Virus record (IMG/VR): IMGVR_UViG_3300042547_000074
Coordinates: 1-62,189 of that record
Source: a virus
Lineage: Duplodnaviria; Caudoviricetes
Strand: one strand, 5' to 3'
Length of the DNA stretch: 62,189 bases
The notes below the pieces were generated by a model that saw only the letters and a list, made by a program, of their open reading frames with translations, was not told the DNA's origin and made no database searches. Both the position numbers and the translations under genes were made by a program. How positions within the stretch are numbered: the first letter of the stretch is position 1; every line of letters starts with the position of its first letter. This document shows positions 25,596 through 33,660 of this stretch, in pieces.

Positions 25596-26909
25596 ATGCC
25601 ACTCAGCAAATTTCAGGGCGGCATCCTCGGCGTAGGGTTCAACCCGCTTCAGGCTCCGAACGCGCCGACGATTGGCACGGCTACGGGCGGTAACGCCTCC
25701 GCGACCGTGACGTTTACTGCGCCTGCGAACGTCGGCGGATCGGCGATCACCGGCTACACCGGGCGCAGCACCCCAGACAACGTCGCCGCGACTGCATCCG
25801 CGTCACCCCTGACGTTCTCCGGCCTGACCAATGGCACCAGCTACACGTTTAACGTCTTTGCCTTGAACAGCTACGGCCCCTCGCCTGTGAGCGGGGCGAG
25901 TAATAGTGTTACGCCTGTCGTGCCGCAGTACATCGCCGTGGCGCACACCACAACACCCTTTGTTACCGCCTACCCTTGGAGCGGCTCCGGCTTTGGCACT
26001 AAGTTTGCTGACCCTGCTACACTACCTACGGGAAACGGCCAAGACGTAGCTTTTACTTCTTCTGGCAATGCTGTTGCGGTGGCGCACGTTACCTCTCCGT
26101 TTATCACCGCCTACCCTTGGAGTGGCAGTGGCTTCGGCGCGAAGTTTGCCGATCCCGCCACACTGCCTGCTGGGACTAGCGTCGCGGTTGCGTTCAGCCC
26201 GTCTGGTAACGCCATTGCTGTTGGCCATCAAACGTCGCCTTTTATTTCTGCGTATCCGTGGTCCGGTTCCGGGTTCGGCACAAAGTTTACTAATCCGGCT
26301 ACGTTACCTACGAACGATGGTGAAGGCGTTGCTTTTAGCCCATCGGGGAACGCGCTTGCAGTAGCCCAAGGATCAACATCGCCGCGAGTTACAGTTTATT
26401 CTTGGAGCGGCTCAGGCTTTGGGACAAAGTTTACAGACCCCGGTACGCTGCCCTCAGGGCAGAGTTTTTCAGTAGCGTTCAGTCCAGCAGGAGATGCCAT
26501 CGCCGTAGCGCACAACGTGACACCTTTTGTCACGGCATACCCTTGGAGCGGCTCCGGTTTTGGTACAAAGTTTGCTGATCCGGCTACGTTGCCGACTGGC
26601 GTTGGCACGGGCGTAGCATTCAGCCCAGCAGGTAACGCTATCGCAGTGGCGCACAACACAACGCCCTTCATCTCAACCTACCCTTGGTCTGGCTCTGGCT
26701 TTGGCACTAAGTTTACTAACCCCGCTACACTGCCTACGGGCAATGGCCAAGACGTAGCCTTCACACCCGCTGGGGATGCCATAGCCGTGGCGCACAGCAC
26801 AACACCTTTTGTTACCGCCTACCCGTGGTCTGGCTCTGGCTTCGGTACTAAGTTCACCAATCCAGCTACTCTGCCAGCTAGCACTGGCAACGGCGTAGCG
26901 TTCATCTAA
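25596..26909 (+). CDS. FN3 domain + 7-bladed beta-propeller, putative receptor-binding protein
   Basis: PNAPTIGTAT...GGSAITGY...GLTNGTSYTF.V.A.N..G (FN3), then seven ~47-aa repeats. Confidence 0.85.
   Translation: MPLSKFQGGILGVGFNPLQAPNAPTIGTATGGNASATVTFTAPANVGGSAITGYTGRSTPDNVAATASASPLTFSGLTNGTSYTFNVFALNSYGPSPVSGASNSVTPVVPQYIAVAHTTTPFVTAYPWSGSGFGTKFADPATLPTGNGQDVAFTSSGNAVAVAHVTSPFITAYPWSGSGFGAKFADPATLPAGTSVAVAFSPSGNAIAVGHQTSPFISAYPWSGSGFGTKFTNPATLPTNDGEGVAFSPSGNALAVAQGSTSPRVTVYSWSGSGFGTKFTDPGTLPSGQSFSVAFSPAGDAIAVAHNVTPFVTAYPWSGSGFGTKFADPATLPTGVGTGVAFSPAGNAIAVAHNTTPFISTYPWSGSGFGTKFTNPATLPTGNGQDVAFTPAGDAIAVAHSTTPFVTAYPWSGSGFGTKFTNPATLPASTGNGVAFI
25929..26906 (+). repeat. Seven ~141-bp tandem coding repeats (propeller blades)
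   Basis: Consensus AIAVAHxTxPF[VI]TAYPWSGSGFGTKFxDPATLPxxxxxxVAFSPxG, seven times. Confidence 0.9.
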
Positions 26910-26922
26910 TGGAGCACAACGC

Positions 26923-27174
26923 ATGATCGACCTCAACGAAGAACGCATCAAAATCCTCACTGACGCCTACGAGCACCGTCAGCGTGAGGTCATGCATCAC
27001 CAGATCAACATCAACAACTATCAGTTGGCGCTGGCGGAGATCGCCGAGAAGCACCCCGAAGACGAGGCCATGGCGGAGTTCGCTAACCGCCTGCGCGACC
27101 TCCTTGCAAGCTCAATCATCGAGCAGGCGAAGGAGATCATCATGCGCGACGTGATGGCAAAGCAACTGGCATGA
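26923..27174 (+). CDS. Small helical protein, possible fibre chaperone
   Basis: 83 aa; GGAG RBS; directly after the propeller gene. Confidence 0.6.
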   Translation: MIDLNEERIKILTDAYEHRQREVMHHQININNYQLALAEIAEKHPEDEAMAEFANRLRDLLASSIIEQAKEIIMRDVMAKQLA

Positions 27175-27205
27175 CCATGCGCTCCTTCCACACAGGTAAC
27201 CTCTA

Positions 27206-28114
27206 ATGCCAAATTACAGCGGGAGATGGAACCTCGTCCAACAGCTTCAGGCCGTCGCGGCTGGGAATTGGCCTATATTTGAGTGTTTAGTTGTAGCTGG
27301 CGGCGGCGCTGGCGGCTCTGGTAGCACGGGTGCTGATGGTGGTGGTGGTGGCGCTGGTGGTTTACGCAGCGAAGCTAATTTCCCTCTCACTCGCGGATTA
27401 GCTTATACTGTTACCGTAGGAGCAGGCGGCGCTCGCGTTGCAACGGCGGCGGCGGCAGGCAATTCGGGGTCTAATAGCGTATTTAACGCGATAACCGCTG
27501 CGGGCGGCGGCGGCGGTGGAGCAGGCAGCACTCCTGCGGGCGCTAACGGAGGCTCAGGCGGCGGCGGGACTGGTACGCCACCACCCGGTGTAGCCGGCAT
27601 TGGCAACACCCCTTCTACATCTCCCGCTCAGGGTACTAATGGGGGGGATGGCACCGGAGGGCCAAATTATTCCGGCGGCGGCGGCGGTGGCGCGGGTTCT
27701 GCGGGGGGTGTTCCAACTACCAACCGCCTTGACAACGGTACTGGCGGCGATGGTGTCCAAAGCTCAGTTACTGGCTCAGCAGTCTTTTATGCGGGCGGTG
27801 GCGGTGGAGGATGGGCGTTTGGCGTAGCTAGCACGGTTTACCAGTATAACCCCGGCGGCCAAGGTGGGGGTGGCAATGGCGTCGGAGGCACGGGCGCTAG
27901 TGGGGTTAACGGTGTTGATGGCACTGCAAACCGTGGCGGCGGTGGTGGTGGTGGCGGTAACTACAATAACAGCTTTGGCGGCAATGGCGGTTCAGGAGTT
28001 GTCATTATTTCTTCAGCCCTAGTAGCGGCTTCAACAACTGGCTCACCAACGGTTACCACAATTGGCGGGCGTACAATCTACACCTTTACGAGCAGTGGCT
28101 CGATTACATTCTGA
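27206..28114 (+). CDS. Glycine-rich domain protein (tail-associated)
   Basis: LVVAGGG.GG...GGGGAGG...Y.VTVGAGG...YAGGGGGG...GGSGVVII...YTFTSSGSITF. Confidence 0.8.
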   Translation: MPNYSGRWNLVQQLQAVAAGNWPIFECLVVAGGGAGGSGSTGADGGGGGAGGLRSEANFPLTRGLAYTVTVGAGGARVATAAAAGNSGSNSVFNAITAAGGGGGGAGSTPAGANGGSGGGGTGTPPPGVAGIGNTPSTSPAQGTNGGDGTGGPNYSGGGGGGAGSAGGVPTTNRLDNGTGGDGVQSSVTGSAVFYAGGGGGGWAFGVASTVYQYNPGGQGGGGNGVGGTGASGVNGVDGTANRGGGGGGGGNYNNSFGGNGGSGVVIISSALVAASTTGSPTVTTIGGRTIYTFTSSGSITF

Positions 28115-28122
28115 GGTAGGGT

Positions 28123-28419
28123 ATGGCGCACTTTGCAAAAGTTGAAGATGGCATTGTCACTCAGGTCATTGTGGCTGAACAGGACGTAATTGACAGCGGC
28201 TTGTTTGGCGACCCAGCTTCTTGGGTCCAGACTTCCTACAATACCCACAACGGCGAGCATCCTGAAGGCCGTCCGCTGCGCGTGAACTACGCTGGGATTG
28301 GCTACACATACGACGCAGAGCGCGATGCCTTTATTCCGCCCAGCCCCGGAAAGGGCTATGCGTTTAACGAGGTAACGTGTAATTGGGATGCTCCTCTTGA
28401 AGAGGCAGACGCGCAGTGA
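28123..28419 (+). CDS. Conserved partner of glycine-rich tail proteins
   Basis: MAHFAKV...VTQVIVA...WVQTSYN...R.NYAGIGYTYD..RDAFIPP.P. Confidence 0.7.
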   Translation: MAHFAKVEDGIVTQVIVAEQDVIDSGLFGDPASWVQTSYNTHNGEHPEGRPLRVNYAGIGYTYDAERDAFIPPSPGKGYAFNEVTCNWDAPLEEADAQ

Positions 28420-30419
28420 GCAATAACTTCCCCGGTGGCCTCATCAGAAAAACACCCGTCACGCCCGCTGGCCCGTTCCAGAGCGGCGCGGCTCCCGGCA
28501 TGTGGACGCTTGCCGAGGCCAGCTTCTGGACGAAGCAGGGGCTGTGGCCGATTGCGGGGAACATCCAGCCCGTAGTCGAGGACGTGTTTTCAACGTGGCT
28601 TTACACGGGCAACGGCAGCACACAGACCATCACCAACGGCATCAACCTGTCCGGTCAGGGCGGGATGGTTTGGCTAAAAACACGGTCAGTTGTTGACAGC
28701 AGTCAGGTATACGACACAGTTCGTGGGGCCACGAAGAACCTAAGTACAGCCAATACTAATGCTCAGGCTGACTACACGACCGCCTTAACATCTTTCACTT
28801 CTAGCGGGTTCACTCTTGGTGCTGGTTTTAGCGCAAATACAAACAACGTTACCTACGCCTCATGGACATTCCGCGAAGCGCCCAATTTCTTCGACGTGGT
28901 GACGTATACGGGGACGGGTGCTAACCGCACCATCGCGCACAATCTTGGCGTGGCTCCGGGCATGATCCTCGTCAAACGCACTGACGCTTCTGCTGACTGG
29001 CAGGTCTATCACCGCAGCAACGCCAACACGCAGTATATGGTGCTGAACAGCACGGCTGCGGTAGCCACTGGCGCGACACGCTGGAACAGCACAACACCGA
29101 CCGCGACTGAGTTTAGTGTCGGCACTGACGCGACCGTCAACGCCTCTGGCGGCACCTACGTCGCCTACCTCTTCGCCCACGTCACCGCGTCGGACGGGTT
29201 CATTCAGTGCGGGTCGTTTACGACTGACGGGAGCGGTAATGCCACCGTGACGCTGGGTTGGGAACCGCAGTGGTTGACTCTAAAATCGTCAAGCAACACC
29301 CAAAACTGGTTCACTTTAGACCAGATGCGTGGCTTTGGCGTCGGAAACACAACATCTTGGCCATTTCTTTCTCCGAACCTTAGTGCGGCAGAAGACACAA
29401 ATTCAGGGTGGGGCAGCACGGCGACCGGATTCACAATGTCTGGGTTCTTGCCAAGTGCCACCTACATCTACGTCGCCATCCGTCGCGGCCCGATGCGTAC
29501 CCCGACGCTGGGGACGAGTGTGTTTTCGCCTGTCCCAGTTAATCTGTCGGGGAATCCTGCGATCCAGATAGTTACTGGATTCCCGATTGATATGTTTATA
29601 TACAAGCAAATCACTAGTACTCAATCGAACTTTGTTTTTGACCGCTTGCGCGGGGGCAATCTTCGCTTGTTTACAAATACGACAGATAGTGAAACAAGCG
29701 GATTAATTACTTCGTATTACAACTTCGGTTTTGATTATAACGACAGGGTTGTTAACAAGAACCCTGGGCTTACTGATCCTTCTTATATTGCTTGGCTCTT
29801 CCGCCGCGCCCCCGGCTTCTTCGATGAGGTTTGCTATACACCGGCTGCGGTGACTGGAACCGCTGTGAAACACAATCTCGGCGTTGTTCCTGAGTTGGTT
29901 ATCTCGAAATCCCGCACAGCGGGAACGGGGCCTTGGCTTGTCGCGCCTATTGTTTATGGCAATGGACAAAGGATGAGATTGAACACCGCAGATGCGAGCG
30001 CAATTCAATTTAATACTGGCTACCCTGCCACATCGACTGAAATATACGAAAACGCTCAGGTAGGAAATTTTCCTGCGGCCCCTTGGGTTGCCTACCTCTT
30101 CGCCAGCGCCCCCGGCGTGAGCAAGGTCGGCACTTACACAGGCAACGGCAGTAGCCAGACGATCAACTGCGCGTTCACAACGGGCGCACGGTTCGTGCTT
30201 ATCAAGCGCACGGACAGCACGGGCGATTGGTATGTCTGGGATAGCGCACGCGGTATCGTCGCCGGCAACGACCCGTATCTGGCGCTGAACACAACGGCGG
30301 CGGAAGTGACAAGCAACGACAGCGTCGATACGGACAACACCGGCTTCATCGTCAATCAGGTCGCGGCGTCCAACATCAACGTCAACGCCGCCACCTACAT
30401 CTTCTTGGCCATCGCGTAA
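28416..30419 (+). CDS. Tail fibre/receptor-binding protein with internally duplicated domains
   Basis: 667 aa; repeated YTGNGS.QTI and F..AP.FFD.V.Y...HNLGV.P modules. Confidence 0.75.
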   Translation: MSNNFPGGLIRKTPVTPAGPFQSGAAPGMWTLAEASFWTKQGLWPIAGNIQPVVEDVFSTWLYTGNGSTQTITNGINLSGQGGMVWLKTRSVVDSSQVYDTVRGATKNLSTANTNAQADYTTALTSFTSSGFTLGAGFSANTNNVTYASWTFREAPNFFDVVTYTGTGANRTIAHNLGVAPGMILVKRTDASADWQVYHRSNANTQYMVLNSTAAVATGATRWNSTTPTATEFSVGTDATVNASGGTYVAYLFAHVTASDGFIQCGSFTTDGSGNATVTLGWEPQWLTLKSSSNTQNWFTLDQMRGFGVGNTTSWPFLSPNLSAAEDTNSGWGSTATGFTMSGFLPSATYIYVAIRRGPMRTPTLGTSVFSPVPVNLSGNPAIQIVTGFPIDMFIYKQITSTQSNFVFDRLRGGNLRLFTNTTDSETSGLITSYYNFGFDYNDRVVNKNPGLTDPSYIAWLFRRAPGFFDEVCYTPAAVTGTAVKHNLGVVPELVISKSRTAGTGPWLVAPIVYGNGQRMRLNTADASAIQFNTGYPATSTEIYENAQVGNFPAAPWVAYLFASAPGVSKVGTYTGNGSSQTINCAFTTGARFVLIKRTDSTGDWYVWDSARGIVAGNDPYLALNTTAAEVTSNDSVDTDNTGFIVNQVAASNINVNAATYIFLAIA

Positions 30420-30430
30420 GGAGGACCGGC

Positions 30431-30913
30431 ATGACCGAACCGCCATGGCTTACTGAGGCCCGCAAGCATATTGGGCTACGGGAGATTCCCGGTAAGCGTC
30501 ACAACCCTACGGTTGTGAACTGGGGTATTTCGCTTGGTGCTTGGTGGAAGGATGACGAGACGCCGTGGTGCGGAACCTTTGTCGCACACTGCCTTCGTTC
30601 TGCGGGACAGCCCGTACCTGCTGAGTGGTATCGTGCGCGGGCGTGGGGAGACTATGGTTCTTTGCTACGCCCCTCTCGGCTTGCACCCGGTGCCATCCTT
30701 GTCTTCTCGCGTGGAGGTAGCGGCCACGTAGGGTTTTACCTTGGCGAAGACCCGTTGTATTATCATATCCTCGGCGGCAATCAGCGGAACAGCGTAAACG
30801 CCATGCTGTTGGAAAAGCCGAGGTGTATTGCTACGCGTTGGCCACGAGGTGTCCCCGTGTACGGTGGCCCAGTACAGTTAAGCGGGGGCGTTGTTTCTAC
30901 CAACGAAGCATAG
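30431..30913 (+). CDS. Endolysin, TIGR02594 (NlpC/P60-like) family
   Basis: PPWL..A...IG..E..G, DDETPWCG.FV, GHVGF, LGGNQ. Confidence 0.85.
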   Translation: MTEPPWLTEARKHIGLREIPGKRHNPTVVNWGISLGAWWKDDETPWCGTFVAHCLRSAGQPVPAEWYRARAWGDYGSLLRPSRLAPGAILVFSRGGSGHVGFYLGEDPLYYHILGGNQRNSVNAMLLEKPRCIATRWPRGVPVYGGPVQLSGGVVSTNEA

Positions 30914-30921
30914 GAGACTAT

Positions 30922-31086
30922 ATGATTGATTTCGTTCTGAATCGCTTGCGTGAGCCAAGCACCTACGCCGGCTTCGCCGGTCTGGCTGCCGCTGTCGGCA
31001 TTGCTGAACCCCTGTATCAGGCCATTGCCGCTGTGGTTATGGCTGTTGCCGGGTTGGCTGCTATCTTCTTGTCCGAGAAGAAATAA
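30922..31086 (+). CDS. Holin (54 aa)
   Basis: AGGAG RBS; RLREPSTYAG plus two hydrophobic segments and a basic C-terminus; follows the endolysin. Confidence 0.7.
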   Translation: MIDFVLNRLREPSTYAGFAGLAAAVGIAEPLYQAIAAVVMAVAGLAAIFLSEKK

Positions 31087-31087
31087 A

Positions 31088-31306
31088 GTGAAGCTCCTTA
31101 CGTCCCTGCTCAGCGTATTTGCCGCCATACTTACATGGTGGAAACAGCGGGCGCTCATTGAGCAGGGGCGTAAGGAAGCTGCATTGGACGCCGTCAAGGA
31201 GGTCGAATCCCGTGTCGAGAAAGCTGAAGTTGCTGTGGCTACTCCCGATCCTGTGCGCAACAAGCGCCTGCGTGACCGGTTCGACCGCGCCGCTGGTAAT
31301 CAGTGA
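31088..31306 (+). CDS. i-spanin-like (Rz-like)
   Basis: GTG start; N-terminal TM segment then coiled coil. Confidence 0.65.
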   Translation: MKLLTSLLSVFAAILTWWKQRALIEQGRKEAALDAVKEVESRVEKAEVAVATPDPVRNKRLRDRFDRAAGNQ

Positions 31307-31442
31307 TTACTGCCGTATAGCCAAACCTATTGGCTATGATTCCGCTAGGGATAGCGCAGCGACCATAAAAGATATAGAAGAGCACAACTCTAAGTGGGTA
31401 TGCCTCTGCGAGGATGACTGCCCTGAAGGAATCCGGCGGTAG
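31212..31442 (+). CDS. o-spanin-like lipoprotein (Rz1-like), overlapping the i-spanin
   Basis: AAGGAGG RBS, GTG at 31212; signal RKLKLLWLLPILCATSA-C; additional Cys residues. Confidence 0.7.
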   Translation: MSRKLKLLWLLPILCATSACVTGSTAPLVISDYCRIAKPIGYDSARDSAATIKDIEEHNSKWVCLCEDDCPEGIRR

Positions 31443-32192
31443 ATGTTCGGCATTACACCCTTTGCTGCGGCACCGTTCGCCTCGCTTGGCACCGTAAACG
31501 CGGATGTCACTGTAACGGGTGTGAGCGGCAGCGGCTTCATTGGTACCGTTATTGCCGGTGTCATTGTCGTTGTTAGCCCCACAGGGGTGTCTGGCACAGG
31601 GCAGGTTGGTACTGCACAAGTTTCTGCTGCGGCTAATGTCGAAGTCACAGGCGTCCAAGGTACAGGCCAAATTGGCACAGTGCAGCCTACGTCGGCAGTC
31701 CGAGTAACCGGTGTCTCGGGTTCGGGCCAAGTCGGTAATGTCGTTGTCGATGCTGACGCTGCGGTCATTGAAGACGGTGTTGCGGGTACCGGCCAAATTG
31801 GTACGGTTCAAGTCCAAGCTAAGGCTACCGTAGTACTCCAAGGTGCGCAGGCCACCGGGCAGGTTGGTCAGGCTGATGCAGTTGCTGCTTCCGTGGTTGT
31901 TGAAGATGGCACTGCCGGCCTCGGCTTGCTGGGCACTCCGGTTATTACGGGTGATGCTAATATCCAGCCCACGGGCGTACAAGGCGCAGGACAAATCGGT
32001 GCCGTCAACGTACAGTCTGGTTACCGCGTCAATGGCATCCAAGCGACTGGTTCGGTAGGCAACGTAATTGTACAGATCAACAAAGCCGTAACCGTTACCG
32101 GAGTATCTGCAACTGGACGCGTGCAGACGGCGCTTGTTTGGGGTATTATCAACGACGCGCAGGACCCCAACTGGCAAGTTATACCGACGTAA
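31443..32192 (+). CDS. Virion protein with V-T-G-V-x-G-T-G-Q-[VI]-G repeats
   Basis: 249 aa MFG..PFA..PFA N-terminus and roughly 23-aa periodic repeats. Confidence 0.7.
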   Translation: MFGITPFAAAPFASLGTVNADVTVTGVSGSGFIGTVIAGVIVVVSPTGVSGTGQVGTAQVSAAANVEVTGVQGTGQIGTVQPTSAVRVTGVSGSGQVGNVVVDADAAVIEDGVAGTGQIGTVQVQAKATVVLQGAQATGQVGQADAVAASVVVEDGTAGLGLLGTPVITGDANIQPTGVQGAGQIGAVNVQSGYRVNGIQATGSVGNVIVQINKAVTVTGVSATGRVQTALVWGIINDAQDPNWQVIPT

Positions 32193-32201
32193 GGACGCAA
32201 C

Positions 32202-33650
32202 ATGCCGAGTACATATAGCAACCTCAAAATCCAATTGATGGCCACGGGTGAGAACTCCACTACGTGGGGTGACGTCACTAACACCAACCTTGGCACTGCC
32301 ATTGAGGAGGCTATTGCTGGCTCTGCCGATGTGACGTTTGCCAGCGGCGATGTTACTCTGACCCTGTCGGACACCAACGGGACGCAGACCGCGCGCAATA
32401 TGCGGCTCAACTTGATCGGGACGACTGGGGGTGTCACGCGCAACCTCATCGTGCCGTCCATCGAGAAAGCCTATATTGTCAACAACACCTGCGGCGATGC
32501 CGTGGTGGTCAAGACTACTGCGGGCACCGGCATCACCGTCCCTGCCGGTAAGACTACATGGGTCTTCACCAACGCCACTAACGTCGTAGATATTGTCACC
32601 CACCTCACGTCGCTGACGCTTGGCTCGGCGCTCCCGGTCGCTTCGGGCGGCACAGGGTCCACTTCGGGTAATGCCTCGGCGCTCACTGGCTTCAACGCCT
32701 CCAACGTCTCATCAGGTACTCTGGCGGTTAGCTTTGGTGGTACCGGTGCCAACGCTGCTCCTACGGCGCGAGTCAATCTTCTGCCGTCTTATGGCGGCAA
32801 CGCTGGTAAGCTCCTTGCGCTGAACGCGGGCGCTACGGATGTCGAGTGGATTTCGGCTGGCGGCGCAGGCACGGTCACCTCAGTCAACGCAAGCACGGCA
32901 ATCAGCGGGCTGTCCTTCTCCGGTGGTCCCGTCACTTCTGCCGGCACTCTGACCCTTAGCGGTACTCTCGGCGTCCAAGGTGGGGGCACTGGCACCACAT
33001 CGCTTACTTCAGGTGCGGTCCTGATCGGTGCTGGCACATCGGCTGTTACGTCAGTGTCCCCCGGCACTGCGGCTAACGTGCTTACGTCCAACGGCTCGGC
33101 TTGGGTCTCTCAGGCCCCGTCAGGTGGCGGCGCGGTGTCTAGCGTCACGGGTTCTGGCTCGGGTATCTCGGTCAGCCCCACAACCGGCGCAGTGGTCGTT
33201 AGCAACACAGGCGTCACCAGCATCGTCGCTGGCACAAACGTAACCATCTCAGGTGCTACGGGCGCAGTTACCATCAACGCCACGGGTGGCGGCGGTTCCG
33301 GCACGTTCTCGGCCAACGACGGCTCAGTTTCTGCCCCGTCGATCTTCTTTACCGGCGCAACAAATATGGGCATGTACCGGGCCGGAACCTCGATTAACTT
33401 TGCCGCTGGCGGAGTAAACGTATTTGCTGCCACGTCTACTCAAACTCAAATTTCAGCTAACAATACGCAACGTATTCTATGCGACGCCACTGGGTCAAGT
33501 TTGTCTGGGACTATAGTATTTAGTACCTCTTCCACGCCGGCCAGTGCGTCAGCTACTGGGACCGCAGGAACGATTACTTGGGACAGCAACTATATTTATG
33601 TGTGTACCGCTACTAACACATGGAAGCGTGTAGCAATCGCTACATGGTAA
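32202..33650 (+). CDS. Tail fibre/spike protein
   Basis: MPSTYS.L...L...GE...TWG..TN.N N-terminus, GGTG repeats, DGSVSAPSI.F, WDSNYIYVCTATNTWKR C-terminus. Confidence 0.75.
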   Translation: MPSTYSNLKIQLMATGENSTTWGDVTNTNLGTAIEEAIAGSADVTFASGDVTLTLSDTNGTQTARNMRLNLIGTTGGVTRNLIVPSIEKAYIVNNTCGDAVVVKTTAGTGITVPAGKTTWVFTNATNVVDIVTHLTSLTLGSALPVASGGTGSTSGNASALTGFNASNVSSGTLAVSFGGTGANAAPTARVNLLPSYGGNAGKLLALNAGATDVEWISAGGAGTVTSVNASTAISGLSFSGGPVTSAGTLTLSGTLGVQGGGTGTTSLTSGAVLIGAGTSAVTSVSPGTAANVLTSNGSAWVSQAPSGGGAVSSVTGSGSGISVSPTTGAVVVSNTGVTSIVAGTNVTISGATGAVTINATGGGGSGTFSANDGSVSAPSIFFTGATNMGMYRAGTSINFAAGGVNVFAATSTQTQISANNTQRILCDATGSSLSGTIVFSTSSTPASASATGTAGTITWDSNYIYVCTATNTWKRVAIATW

Positions 33651-33660
33651 GGTAAGCTTA

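Noticed and set aside
31239-32603. 454-aa minus-strand ORF and similar antisense ORFs across the late arm
   Set aside because: They are shadows of repetitive plus-strand structural genes.
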